Source: Alphaproteobacteria bacterium
GTDB lineage: Bacteria; Pseudomonadota; Alphaproteobacteria; GCA-2731375
DNA length: 64,000 nucleotides
NCBI GenBank assembly: GCA_965225945.1
Contig: CBDDBZ010000032.1
Coordinates: 224,001 to 288,000, forward strand
Reading direction: 5' to 3'
The notes under the pieces were generated by a model that had not been told where the DNA came from, did no database searches, and worked only from the letters and a program-made list of their open reading frames with translations. Made by a program: the position numbers and the translations under genes. Positions 1-10,304 of the stretch are shown in pieces. How positions within the stretch are numbered: position 1 is the stretch's first letter; each line of letters begins with the position of its first letter.

Positions 1-2
1 CC

Positions 3-2486
3 GAGACGATCGAGTCGCAGGAGGAGGCGCCGATCGAGGCGCCGGAAGCGCCGCCCACCGCCGCTCCGGAAGCCCGGTGGGAGGAGATCTTCACCGGTCG
101 CTGGCTGGTCTGGCTCGGCAGCGTGACCCTGGCGCTGGGTGGCTTCTTCCTGGTCAAGTACTCGATCGACCGCGGTTGGATTGGCCCCGTGTTCCGGGTG
201 CTTTCCGGCCTCGTCATGGGCTTGGCGCTGATCGGCGGCGGTGAGTGGTTGCGCCGGCGACCGCTGGAACAGGCCTTGGCGCACATTTCGCCCTCCTACA
301 TTCCGCCGGCCCTCGTCGCCGCCGGTGTGGCGACGATCTTCGCCTCCCTCTACGCCGCGCATGGCCTCTACGATCTGATCGGCGCCGCGCTCGCCTTCGT
401 TCTGCTGGCGCTGACGGCGGCGTCCGCGGTACTGCTCGCCCTGCTGCACGGCTGGTTCGTCGCCGTGCTCGGCGTGCTCGGCGCCTTCGCCGTGCCGGCG
501 CTGGTCTCTACGGGCCGTCACAGCACCGAAATCCTCTTCCCCTATATCTTCGTCCTGGTCGCCGGCATCCTGGCGGTGGTCCGCCATACCGGTTGGTATT
601 GGCTCAACTGGCTGGCGCTGCTCGGCGCGGTGGGATACACGGTGCTCTGGTTCGGCAATTGGCGGGCTGGCGACGACCTGATCGTCGGCCCGTTCCTGAT
701 CCTGCTGGGCGTCATCATGGTGCTCGCCCGCCCCCCCGACCGCCCGCCCTCGGCGCGGGAGCCGGATCTCTTCGAAATACGGGCGCTCTCCCAGGGCGAG
801 CAATTCGCCGCCGTGGCCGCCGTCGTGTTGGCGCTTCTCGTGCTGGCGCTGGTCGGAGTCGACGAGGGCGCGCTCGCCTCGCTGATCGCCGCGACGGCGG
901 CGATCGCCCTCTTGTTGATCGAGGCGCGCAGGGAGAGTCGGCTCGACGGGCTCGCCCTGCTGGCCGTGCTCCTCGCTCTCGCGGTCGCGCTTTTCTGGCA
1001 GATGCCCGGCACGGTCAGCCGCCTGGCGCCGATCTGGGACCTCGACGGCGAGGCCATCGGGAAAGTCGCCGGCCCGCTGCTCCCGCCGGAGCTCAAGACC
1101 TATTTCACCCTCGCGATCGGCTATGGCGGGCTGCTCGGCCTCGGCGGCTTCGCGGCGCTCTGGGGCGCGCGGCGGCCGGGCTATTGGGCGGCGCTCTCAG
1201 GCATCCCGCCGGTCCTGCTCTTGGCCGTCGCCTACCTCCGGATCGAGCGCTTCGAGCTGGATTTGAGCTGGGCGCTGGCGGCCGTGATCCTGGCCGGTCT
1301 GCTGGTGCTCGCGGCCGAGCGGGTCGCGCGATTCCGCGACCATGCCCTGATGCGCGCCGCCCTCGGCGCCTATGCGGTCGGCGCCGTCGGCGCGCTGGCC
1401 GTCGCCTTCGCGATAAGCATGGAGAACGCCTGGTTGACCGTGGCGCTGTCGCTCCAGGTCGCCGCGATCGTGTGGATCGACGAGCGGCTGGAGGTTCCGG
1501 CCTTGCGCCGCGCGGCCGAGGTCGTGGCTTATATCGTGCTCGCGCGCCTGGTTCTCAATCCCCAGGTCCTCGACTATTCCCTCGGCTCGACGCCGGGGCT
1601 CAACTGGCTGCTATACGGCTATGGTCTGCCGGCGCTCGCCTTCTGGTGGGCCTCGCGCCGCCCCGGAGCGAGACGCGATCCCAGGCTCGCCGACGTGCTG
1701 GAGGCGGCGGCGCTGCTGTTCCTGGTGCTGCTGGTGACACTGGAGATCCGCCACCTGATCGCCGGCGGACGGCTCGACGCCTTCGGCTACATGTTGGCGG
1801 AGCAGTCGCTCAATACCATCACCTGGCTCACCATCGCCTATGTCCTCTATCACCGCCTGACGGCCGATAGCCGCCTGGTGCACAGATACGGCTGGCGCAT
1901 TCTGGCGAGCCTGGCGACGGCGCAGGCGGTCTTGCTGCAACTCGGCCTCTCCAACCCGCTGCTCACCGGACGGCCGGTCGGCGAGTGGCCGATTTTCGAC
2001 CTGCTACTGCTCGCCTATGGCGGGCCGGCGGTCTTCGCGATCCTGTTCCTCCGCAAGGCGCGGGCTCGCGGCGACGTATGGCCGGCGCGGATCGCCGGCG
2101 CCGCCGCGCTGCTGTTCGGCTTCGTCTGGATATCCCTGGAGGTGCGGCACGCCTTCCAGGGATCGAATATCGGCCTCTTCCGGCCGACCAGCGACGCCGA
2201 GTGGTACGCCGACAGCGTCGCCTGGCTCGCACTTGCCGGCCTGTTGCTGGCGCTAGCGATCCTCAGAGACTACGCCGCGCTCCGCTTCGCCTCGCTGGGC
2301 GTGGTCATGTTCACCGTGGGGAAGGTGTTCCTCTTCGACATGGCGGCGCTGACCGGAATCTTCCGGGCGCTCTCCTTCATCGGACTCGGATTGTGTCTGG
2401 TCGGCGTCGGCTTCCTCTACCGCCGCTTCGTCTTCCCGCCCCGGCCACCGACGCTCGACAGCGAGACGCGGATGGAGGACGGCTGA
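3..2486 (+). CDS. DUF2339-family multi-pass membrane protein (5' end outside window)
   Basis: Frame open from base 3 (..WEEIFTGRWLVWLGSVTLALGGFFLVKYSIDRGWIGP), many TM segments, C-terminal KVFLFDMAALTGIFRALSFIGLG typical of DUF2339. Confidence 0.85.
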   Translation, partial: ETIESQEEAPIEAPEAPPTAAPEARWEEIFTGRWLVWLGSVTLALGGFFLVKYSIDRGWIGPVFRVLSGLVMGLALIGGGEWLRRRPLEQALAHISPSYIPPALVAAGVATIFASLYAAHGLYDLIGAALAFVLLALTAASAVLLALLHGWFVAVLGVLGAFAVPALVSTGRHSTEILFPYIFVLVAGILAVVRHTGWYWLNWLALLGAVGYTVLWFGNWRAGDDLIVGPFLILLGVIMVLARPPDRPPSAREPDLFEIRALSQGEQFAAVAAVVLALLVLALVGVDEGALASLIAATAAIALLLIEARRESRLDGLALLAVLLALAVALFWQMPGTVSRLAPIWDLDGEAIGKVAGPLLPPELKTYFTLAIGYGGLLGLGGFAALWGARRPGYWAALSGIPPVLLLAVAYLRIERFELDLSWALAAVILAGLLVLAAERVARFRDHALMRAALGAYAVGAVGALAVAFAISMENAWLTVALSLQVAAIVWIDERLEVPALRRAAEVVAYIVLARLVLNPQVLDYSLGSTPGLNWLLYGYGLPALAFWWASRRPGARRDPRLADVLEAAALLFLVLLVTLEIRHLIAGGRLDAFGYMLAEQSLNTITWLTIAYVLYHRLTADSRLVHRYGWRILASLATAQAVLLQLGLSNPLLTGRPVGEWPIFDLLLLAYGGPAVFAILFLRKARARGDVWPARIAGAAALLFGFVWISLEVRHAFQGSNIGLFRPTSDAEWYADSVAWLALAGLLLALAILRDYAALRFASLGVVMFTVGKVFLFDMAALTGIFRALSFIGLGLCLVGVGFLYRRFVFPPRPPTLDSETRMEDG

Positions 2487-2490
2487 AGCC

Positions 2491-4302
2491 ATGGCGCCAC
2501 CCCTGCTGAGGCTCGCCGGGGTCGTCTTCGGTCACGATGGCGGCCGGCCCCTGTTGGACGGGCTCGCGCTGACGCTCGCCAAGGGCGAACGCGCGGCGCT
2601 GGTGGGGCGCAACGGCGCCGGCAAATCGACCCTGCTGAGGCTTCTCGCCGGCGACCTCTCGCCCAATTCCGGAGAGCTCCATCGCCAGCCGGCGCTCGAG
2701 GTCGCTTATCTGCCGCAGGCCCCGGACGGAAACGGCTACGCCCGCGTCGCCGACTATGTCGCGGCCGGCCTGCCGGAAGCGGCGGGCCCGGACGATTACC
2801 GCGTGGCCCGGGCCCTGGCGGAGGCGCGGATCGAGGGCGCCCGGGACCCTGCATCGCTTTCCGGCGGCGAGTTGAAGCGGGTGGCGCTGGCCCGGGCCTT
2901 CGCCCGACGGCCGGTGCTGCTGCTGCTGGACGAGCCGACCAACCACCTCGATCTGCCGGCGATCGAATGGCTGGAAGGCCGCTTGCGCGACTTCCCGGGC
3001 GGCGTCGTGCTGGTGAGTCACGACCGAACGTTGTTGGAGCGCATCGCCACCTCCATCCTCTGGCTCGACCGGGGCCGGGTCCGCCGCCATGGGCGGAGTT
3101 TCGCCGAATTCGACGCCTGGGCGGAGACGGTGCTGGCCGAGGAGGCGGAGGCCCGGGCCAAGCTCGACAAGAGGATCCGCGACGAGACCCGCTGGTCGCA
3201 CGAGGGCATCACCGCGCGGCGGCGCCGAAACCAGGGCAGGCTGCGTCGTCTCGACGAGATGCGTCGGGAACGCCGCGAGGCGCTCCGCGCGCTGGATCGA
3301 GCCCGGATGCGAACGCCGGACGCCCCGCTCTCCGGCCGGCTGGTGATCGAGGCGCGCGAGATCGTGAAGCGTTTTGACGAGACGACTGTGATCGCGGGCG
3401 CCTCGGTGCGGATAATGCGCGGCGACCGGATCGCGATCCTGGGCCCGAACGGGGCCGGCAAGACCACGCTCGTGCGTCTGCTCACCGGCGAATTGGCGCC
3501 GGACGAAGGCACCGTGCGCCATGGCGCCAACCTCGCCACCGTCTACCTGGAGCAGCAGCGCGGCTTCGACGACGAGCGGCTGACGCCGCGCGAGGTGATC
3601 GCGCGGCACGGCGGCGAACATATCGAGATCGGCGGTGCCCGGCGGCACGTCGCCAGCTACCTCCGCGATTTCCTGTTCGAGAGCGACCGGCTCGAGGTGC
3701 CGGTCTCGACGCTGTCCGGCGGCGAGCGCAGTCGGCTGCTGCTGGCCCGTGCCTTCGCCCGGCCGGCCAACCTGCTGGTGCTGGACGAGCCGACCAATGA
3801 TCTCGACCTCGAAACCCTGGAGGTGTTGCGGGAGATCCTGGCCGACTGGCCGGCGACGGTCCTGCTGGTGAGCCACGACCGCGCCTTCGTCGACGCCGTC
3901 GCCACCGCCACCCTGGTGTTGACGGGTGACGGCCTGGTGACGGAATACGCCGGTGGCTATTCGGACTATATGGCGCAACGAAGTGATGGCGGGCCGAACG
4001 TCGTGGCGGACCGTGCCAAGCCCCGCAAGGCGCCCCGGGAGCGCGCGCGGGGGGCGCCGAGCCGTCTCGACTACGCGCGCCGCCGTCGCCTCGACATGCT
4101 GCCGGAGCTGATCGCCACCTTCGAGGCCGAGATTCGCGGGGCGCGGTCCGTTCTGGCCGAGGCCGACCTCTATAGGAGCGACATCGCCCGGTTCAACGCG
4201 ACCACGCAGACGCTGGCGCGGCTGGAAGCAGAGCGGACGGCACTGGAAGAGGAGTGGCTCGAACTCGAACTACTGCGGGAGGCGCGCGAGGGCGCGGGGT
4301 AG
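2491..4302 (+). CDS. uup: ABC-F family ATPase (Uup-like)
   Basis: Two NBDs (GRNGAGKS, GPNGAGKT; LSGGE; LDEPTN), ARRRRNQGR linker, C-terminal coiled coil ending EEEWLELE, no TM. Confidence 0.85.
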   Translation: MAPPLLRLAGVVFGHDGGRPLLDGLALTLAKGERAALVGRNGAGKSTLLRLLAGDLSPNSGELHRQPALEVAYLPQAPDGNGYARVADYVAAGLPEAAGPDDYRVARALAEARIEGARDPASLSGGELKRVALARAFARRPVLLLLDEPTNHLDLPAIEWLEGRLRDFPGGVVLVSHDRTLLERIATSILWLDRGRVRRHGRSFAEFDAWAETVLAEEAEARAKLDKRIRDETRWSHEGITARRRRNQGRLRRLDEMRRERREALRALDRARMRTPDAPLSGRLVIEAREIVKRFDETTVIAGASVRIMRGDRIAILGPNGAGKTTLVRLLTGELAPDEGTVRHGANLATVYLEQQRGFDDERLTPREVIARHGGEHIEIGGARRHVASYLRDFLFESDRLEVPVSTLSGGERSRLLLARAFARPANLLVLDEPTNDLDLETLEVLREILADWPATVLLVSHDRAFVDAVATATLVLTGDGLVTEYAGGYSDYMAQRSDGGPNVVADRAKPRKAPRERARGAPSRLDYARRRRLDMLPELIATFEAEIRGARSVLAEADLYRSDIARFNATTQTLARLEAERTALEEEWLELELLREAREGAG

Positions 4303-4466
4303 GGCGCAGGTAATCGACCGCTCGTTTCGTCGTCATCAACCCGGTTGGCGAAGTTATTTCTCGTGGTCTCCGAGGCGCGAGATGAAGGCTCGAAAGCCTG
4401 GAATTCGGGCTCGGGGCTCACTCTGGCTCACCAAGGGAAACGGCCCACCTTCCCCCCTCCGCCCCC

Positions 4467-4490
4467 GTCGCTCGCCTGATGGGGCGAGCG
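4467..4490. terminator. Hairpin between convergent uup and glnD
   Basis: tcgctcgcc-tgatgg-ggcgagcga 9-bp stem; no U-tract. Confidence 0.3.
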
Positions 4491-4525
4491 AGCGACCAAT
4501 TCGGCAATCCAGAGTTCGATGCGCC

Positions 4526-7297
4526 TCACTCGGCGGCGCTGGCCGGCACCGTGACGCCCGGGGCCGGCGCGGAGAGCACCGAGAGCAGCGCCACCCGCAT
4601 TCGGTTCAGCCGCTGCTCGCCGTCGATTTTTAGGCCGAACAGGTCCTTGACGTAGAACACGTCGACCGCCCGTTCGCCATAGGTCGCGATCCGCGCGTGG
4701 GCGATGGTGAGCGAGAGATCGAAGAAGGCCCGCGTCAGGTCGTGCAGCAGCGCCGGCCGGTCGCGACCGTTCACCTCCACCACCGTGTGGGTGTTGGAGG
4801 CTTGGTTGTCGATCAGTACCCTGGGCTCGACGGTGAAGACCGCGCTCCGACTCGGCAAGCGGTCGCGCCGCTTGGGCAGCTCCAGGCGCAAATTCAGTTC
4901 GCCGGAAAGCGTGCGCTCGATGTTGGCGGAGAGCCGCGCCAGCCGGTCCGGCCGGTCGAACGCGGCGCCGTCGAGGTCCTGGATCCAGAAGACGTCGAGC
5001 GCCATGCCGTCGCTCGTCGTGTGAATCCGCGCCTCCACGATGCCGGCGCCACTGGCGGCGACGGCGCCGGTGAGCCGGGTGAAGAGACCGGGGTGGTCGA
5101 CCGTGTAGACCATCACTTCGGTCACCGAGTGGAAGCGGCTGATGCGGGTATCGATGGTCAGCGGCGCGCCGCGCGCATCGGCGTCCCGCATCAGCCGGGC
5201 GCGGCGCTCGTGGCTATCGAGGTCGGTCGCCAGCCAGAAGCCTTCCTGGCCGCGCGCAAAGTGGCGGCGGCGGTCTTCCTCGGGCCAGTCGGCGAGGCGT
5301 TCCGCCAGCTCCGCCTGCAGCGCGGCGACGCGGGAATCGCGGGCGATCGCCGCATGACCGCCCAGCATGTATTCCTCGGCCCGGTGATAGAGCTCACGCA
5401 GGAGCTGGCCCTTCCAGCCGTTCCAAACCCCGGGCCCGACGGCGCGGATGTCGGCCACCGTCAGCACCAGCAGCAGACGTAGCCGCTCCGGGCTCTGCAC
5501 CACGGCGACGAAGTCTTCGATGGTCTTCGGATCCTCGAGGTTGCGCTTGAAGGCGGTGGCGCTCATCACCAGATGCCAGCGCACGAGCCAGGCCACGGTC
5601 TCGGTCTCGTCCGCTTCCAGGCCGAGTCGGGGGCCGAGCCGTTCGGCCACCTCCTCGCCCAGCATCGAATGATCGCCGCCACGTCCCTTGGCGATGTCGT
5701 GCAACAGCACGGCGAGATAGAGGGCGCGGCGCATCTGAAGCTTGGGCAAGATCTCGGCGGCCAGTGGATGGTCGTCGGCAAATTCCCCGTTCTCGATCCG
5801 CGCCAGCACGCCGATCGCCCGGATGGTGTGCTCGTCGATCGTATAGACGTGATACATGTCGTGCTGCATCTGCGCCACGACCCGCCCGAAATCGGGCACG
5901 AAGCGGCCGAAGACACCGGCCTCGTTCATCCGCCTGAGCGTCGTCTCCGGGTTCTTGCGCGAGGTCAGGATCGTCATGAAGAGGGCGTTCGCCTTCGCGT
6001 CCTCGCGCATCTCGCGATCAATCAGCCTGAGGTTCCGGGTAATGAGCTGCAAGGCTCGGGGGTGAATGTCGAGATCGCGCTCGTGCGCCACCAGGAACAG
6101 CCGGATCAGCTTCACCGGATCCTCGGCGAAGGCGGTCTCGTCGGCGACGTTCAGCCGCTCGCCCTCGGCGACGAAGCCCTCGATCTCGCGCCGTCTGAGG
6201 CCGAACCTCGGCATCCGGAAGCGCGGCTTGCGGCGGTGCTGGTCCTCCATCGCGGCACAGAAGATCCGCGTCAGGTCGCCGACCTCCTTGGCGATCAGGA
6301 AGTAGTGCTTCATGAAGCGCTCGACGCCTCGGGTGCCGGCATGATCGGTATAGCCGAGGCGGTCGGCGAGCTCCGGCTGGACGTCGAAGGTCAGCCGCTC
6401 CTCGGCCCGGCCGGCCAGAAAGTGCAGGTGGCAGCGCACGGTACAAAGGAACTCATGGGCCTTGTCGAAGCTCCGCTCCTCCTCCGCCGTCAGCACGCCG
6501 CGCTCGACCAGGGCAGCGACCTCGTCGGTGCCGTAGAGATATCTGGCGATCCAGAAGAGGGTGTGCAGATCGCGCAAGCCCCCCTTGCCCTCCTTGATGT
6601 TGGGCTCCAGCAGGTAGCGCGAATCGCCGAGCCTCAGATGGCGTTCGTCGCGCTCGGCGAGCTTGGCCTCGACGAAGTCCGGGCCGCTGCCGGCCATCAC
6701 CTCGCGCCGGAAGCGTTCCTCGAAGTCCAGGAAAAGCCGCTGCTCGCCCCAGACGTAGCGCGCCTCCAGCAGCGAGGTGCGGATGGTGAGGTCGGATGTG
6801 GCCAGCCGCGCGCATTCGTCAATCGAGCGGGTCGAGTGGCCGACCTTCAGCCCCATGTCCCACAAGAGGTAGAGCATGAACTCCACCACCTGCTCGCCCC
6901 AAGGCGTCTGCTTGTAGGGCCGCAGGAACATCAGGTCGACGTCGGAGAAGGGCGCCAGCTCGCCCCGCCCGTAGCCGCCGAGTGCCACCAGCGACAGATG
7001 CTCGCCGGCGGTCGGGTTGGTCGCCGGATAGACCCGCGTCGAGGCGGCGTCGAAGATCACCCGGATCAGTTGGTCCATCGCCCGGCTGCCGGTCGCCATC
7101 ACCTCGCCGCCGCCGGCGCCCGCCTCGACACGGGCGCGCAAGCTCTCGCGGACTTGGGCCTGGGCCTCGCGCAGCAGCGCCAACAGCTCGGCGCGAAATG
7201 CCGGTTCGCTCGGCGCGCGCCGTTCGGCGATCTCCGCCACCGCCACGTCGAGTTCGGCCCGCTCGACGATACGCTCACCCTTGGCGCCCGCGCTCAT
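4526..7297 (-). CDS. glnD: [protein-PII] uridylyltransferase
   Basis: ALGGYGRGELAPFSDVDL NTase motif, EPNIKEGKGGLRD, HVYTIDEH/LLHDIAKG HD domain, two ACT domains. Confidence 0.97.
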   Translation of the reverse strand: MSAGAKGERIVERAELDVAVAEIAERRAPSEPAFRAELLALLREAQAQVRESLRARVEAGAGGGEVMATGSRAMDQLIRVIFDAASTRVYPATNPTAGEHLSLVALGGYGRGELAPFSDVDLMFLRPYKQTPWGEQVVEFMLYLLWDMGLKVGHSTRSIDECARLATSDLTIRTSLLEARYVWGEQRLFLDFEERFRREVMAGSGPDFVEAKLAERDERHLRLGDSRYLLEPNIKEGKGGLRDLHTLFWIARYLYGTDEVAALVERGVLTAEEERSFDKAHEFLCTVRCHLHFLAGRAEERLTFDVQPELADRLGYTDHAGTRGVERFMKHYFLIAKEVGDLTRIFCAAMEDQHRRKPRFRMPRFGLRRREIEGFVAEGERLNVADETAFAEDPVKLIRLFLVAHERDLDIHPRALQLITRNLRLIDREMREDAKANALFMTILTSRKNPETTLRRMNEAGVFGRFVPDFGRVVAQMQHDMYHVYTIDEHTIRAIGVLARIENGEFADDHPLAAEILPKLQMRRALYLAVLLHDIAKGRGGDHSMLGEEVAERLGPRLGLEADETETVAWLVRWHLVMSATAFKRNLEDPKTIEDFVAVVQSPERLRLLLVLTVADIRAVGPGVWNGWKGQLLRELYHRAEEYMLGGHAAIARDSRVAALQAELAERLADWPEEDRRRHFARGQEGFWLATDLDSHERRARLMRDADARGAPLTIDTRISRFHSVTEVMVYTVDHPGLFTRLTGAVAASGAGIVEARIHTTSDGMALDVFWIQDLDGAAFDRPDRLARLSANIERTLSGELNLRLELPKRRDRLPSRSAVFTVEPRVLIDNQASNTHTVVEVNGRDRPALLHDLTRAFFDLSLTIAHARIATYGERAVDVFYVKDLFGLKIDGEQRLNRMRVALLSVLSAPAPGVTVPASAAE

Positions 7298-7312
7298 CCG
7301 GACTTCCGCCGT

Positions 7313-7352
7313 TCTTTTCGCCTCATACTGGCTCTTTTCGTCTCATACTGGC
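7313..7352. repeat. 20-bp tandem duplication upstream of glnD
   Basis: tcttttcgcctcatactggc / tcttttcgtctcatactggc. Confidence 0.85.
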
Positions 7353-7493
7353 CGCCCTCGCTGGCGCTCCCCGTCGCGGTCAATTCCCATGGGCCTCACG
7401 CCAGCGCGATAGGGCGGCCAGCATAGCCGAAATCGCGCCGCGCGCCATTCCGCCGTAATGTCCGCCGAAGTGTCCGGCGAAGCGGCGGCGCCG

Positions 7494-10181
7494 TCACTCG
7501 CTCGCCAACAGTTCCCGCAGCCGGTAGAGGGCGTCCAGCGCCTCCCTCGGCGACATCGAATCCGGGTCGAGCGCGGCCAAGGCTTCCCGCGCCGGATCGG
7601 CCGCCTTTGGCCCGGCGGAGCCGCCCTTGGGCCGGGCGGCGGCGAACAGCGGCAAGTCCTCGGCGAGCTTGGCCGTCGCGGCGCCGCCCTCGGTATCGCT
7701 CTTCTCCAGGACCGCCAGCACCGTTTCCGCCCGGGCCAGCGCGCTGGGCGGCAGGCCCGCGAGCCTGGCCACCTGGATGCCGTAGGAGCGGTCGGCGGCG
7801 CCGGCCACCACCTCGTGCAGGAAGACCACCTCGCCCCGCCACTCGCTCACCCGCATGGTGTGGTTGGCGAGCGAGGGTAGCCGCCCGTGGAGCGCCGTCA
7901 GCTCGTGGTAGTGGGTGGCGAAGAGGGTGCGGCAACGGTTGACCTCGGCCAGATGCTCGACCGCCGCCCAGGCGATGGCGAGGCCGTCCCAAGTGGCGGT
8001 GCCGCGGCCGATTTCGTCGAGGATCACCAGCGCCCGTTCGCCCGCCTGGTTCAGGATCGCCGCCGTCTCCACCATCTCGACCATGAAGGTCGAGCGTCCG
8101 CTGGCGAGATCGTCCGAGGCGCCGATGCGAGAGAACAACCGGTCGACGACGCCGATCCGGGCCGAGGCCGCCGGGACCCAGGCGCCGGACTGCGCGAGGA
8201 CGCAGACCATCGCGTTCTGGCGCAGGAAAGTGCTCTTGCCGGCCATGTTGGGACCGGTCAAGAGCCAGATCCGCGCCTCGGCGCCGAGATCACAATCGTT
8301 GGCGACGAAGCTCCCCTCGCGCCGGGCGCGAAGTGCCGCCTCGACCACCGGATGGCGGCCGCCGGCGATCTCGAAGTGAAGCGAATCGTCCACCACCGGC
8401 CGGCACTGGCGCTCCGTCGCCGCCAGTTCGGCGTTGGCGGCGGCGACATCGAGCGCCGCCATGGCGGTGGCGGTCAGGCGGATCGGCTCGCTCGCCGCCA
8501 GCACGCGCGCGACCAGGGCCTCGAAGACCTCGAACTCGATCGCCAGCGCGCGCTCCGCGGCCTCGGCCATCGCCCGCTCCAGCTCCGAGAGCTCGGTGGT
8601 CGAGAACCGGAGCGCGTTGGCCATCGACTGGCGGTGGTGGAAGGTCTCGTTCAAGGGCGGCGCCAACAACGGATCGGCGCGCCGGGCCGAGGCTTCGAGG
8701 TAATAGCCGAGGACGTGATTGTGGCGGATCTTCAGCCCCTCGATCCCGGTTTCCTCACGGTACTTGCTCTCGAGGCCCGCGATCAGCCGGCGGCCCTCGT
8801 CGCGGAGCCGACGCTGCTCGTCGAGATCGGCCCGGTGACCCGGCGCGACGAAGCCCCCCTCGCGGGCCTGCGCCGGGACCTCGGGCGCCAGCGCGCGCGC
8901 CAGCGCGTCGACCAGCGCGCCGTGGCCGCCGAGGCCGGCCACCGCCTCGGCGATCCCGCTCGGCGGCGGCGCCAGTCCGGCGGCGGGCACCACGTCGCGG
9001 AGCCGGCCGGCCCGCTCCAGCCCACGGGCGATGGCTGCGAGGTCGCGGGGGCCACCTCGATCGAGCGCCAGGCGAGAGAGGGCGCGCGCGAGATCCGGGG
9101 TCCGTGACAGCAGTTCCCGCGTGTTCGCGCGGACGGCGCCGTCTTCGACGAAGAAGCCGACCATGTCGAGCCGCTGGTTGATCGCCGCCGCGTCGGCCAA
9201 GGGGGCGGCGAGGCGGGCGGCGAGCAGGCGCGCGCCGGCGCCGCTGACGGTGCGATCGACGCACGCCAGCAGGCTTCCCTCGCGATTACCGCTGAGCGTC
9301 CGGATCAGCTCCAGGCCACGCCGCGTGGCGGCATCTATTCTGAGCTCGTGCCCGCTTTCCACCCGGCGGGGTCGCTCGAGCCGGGGTATCCGGCCTTTCT
9401 GTGTCGTCTCGACATAGTCGAGCAGCGCGCCGGCCGCCGCCAGCTCGGCCCGGGAAAAGGCGCCGAAGGCCTCCAGCGTCGTGACGGCGAAATGTTCCGC
9501 CAGGCGCCGTGCCGCCCGGCCGCTATCGAGAACCGGCGCCTCGCCCGGCACGCGACGGGCGCGCCAGGCAGCGAGCGCGGGCGCCAGCTCCCCCGCCGTG
9601 GCCAGGGCCTCTGGCAGGATCAACTCGCTCGGCGCCAGCCGAGCGAGGTCGGCCTCGAGGTCGGCGGGGGTGGTCTCCATGGTCCGGAACTCGGCCGTCG
9701 AGAGGTCGAGCCATGCCAACCCCAGGCGCGATTCCGCCCGCGCCAGGGCGACCAGATAATTGTCGGCCCGGGCATCCAGCAGCGCTTCCTCGGTGATCGT
9801 GCCCGGCGTCACCAAGCGGACCACCTCGCGCTTCACCACAGCCTTGTGGCCGCGCCGCTTGCGGGCCTCGGCCGGATCCTCGGTCTGCTCGCAGACGGCA
9901 ACGCGGAAGCCCTTGCGGATCAGCCGGGAAAGATAGCTCTCGGCGGCGTGTACGGGGACGCCGCACATCGGGATCTCAGCACCTTCGTGCTTGCCCCGTT
10001 TGGTCAGCGTGATGTCCAGCGCGTCGGCCGCCGCCACCGCGTCCTCGAAGAACAACTCGTAGAAATCCCCCATGCGGTAGAACAGCAGGCAGTCCGGCGC
10101 GCCGGCTTTGATGGCGAGGTACTGCGCCATCATCGCCGTTGGCTGCGCGGATTTCGGGGATATCGTGCCTTTCGCGGTCAT
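7494..10181 (-). CDS. mutS: DNA mismatch repair protein MutS
   Basis: [44 protein letters not shown]. Confidence 0.98.
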   Translation of the reverse strand: MTAKGTISPKSAQPTAMMAQYLAIKAGAPDCLLFYRMGDFYELFFEDAVAAADALDITLTKRGKHEGAEIPMCGVPVHAAESYLSRLIRKGFRVAVCEQTEDPAEARKRRGHKAVVKREVVRLVTPGTITEEALLDARADNYLVALARAESRLGLAWLDLSTAEFRTMETTPADLEADLARLAPSELILPEALATAGELAPALAAWRARRVPGEAPVLDSGRAARRLAEHFAVTTLEAFGAFSRAELAAAGALLDYVETTQKGRIPRLERPRRVESGHELRIDAATRRGLELIRTLSGNREGSLLACVDRTVSGAGARLLAARLAAPLADAAAINQRLDMVGFFVEDGAVRANTRELLSRTPDLARALSRLALDRGGPRDLAAIARGLERAGRLRDVVPAAGLAPPPSGIAEAVAGLGGHGALVDALARALAPEVPAQAREGGFVAPGHRADLDEQRRLRDEGRRLIAGLESKYREETGIEGLKIRHNHVLGYYLEASARRADPLLAPPLNETFHHRQSMANALRFSTTELSELERAMAEAAERALAIEFEVFEALVARVLAASEPIRLTATAMAALDVAAANAELAATERQCRPVVDDSLHFEIAGGRHPVVEAALRARREGSFVANDCDLGAEARIWLLTGPNMAGKSTFLRQNAMVCVLAQSGAWVPAASARIGVVDRLFSRIGASDDLASGRSTFMVEMVETAAILNQAGERALVILDEIGRGTATWDGLAIAWAAVEHLAEVNRCRTLFATHYHELTALHGRLPSLANHTMRVSEWRGEVVFLHEVVAGAADRSYGIQVARLAGLPPSALARAETVLAVLEKSDTEGGAATAKLAEDLPLFAAARPKGGSAGPKAADPAREALAALDPDSMSPREALDALYRLRELLASE

Positions 10182-10304
10182 GGCGCGGCAATTTAGGCCA
10201 CGGGCCCACTCGGCTAGGCAAGAGCTTTCGATGTGTTAGCCTGAGGCATGCGCCGCCCGGTTGGGCCGGTGCTCCGGGGGGCCGGCTTCGGGGATGGGGT
10301 TGGG

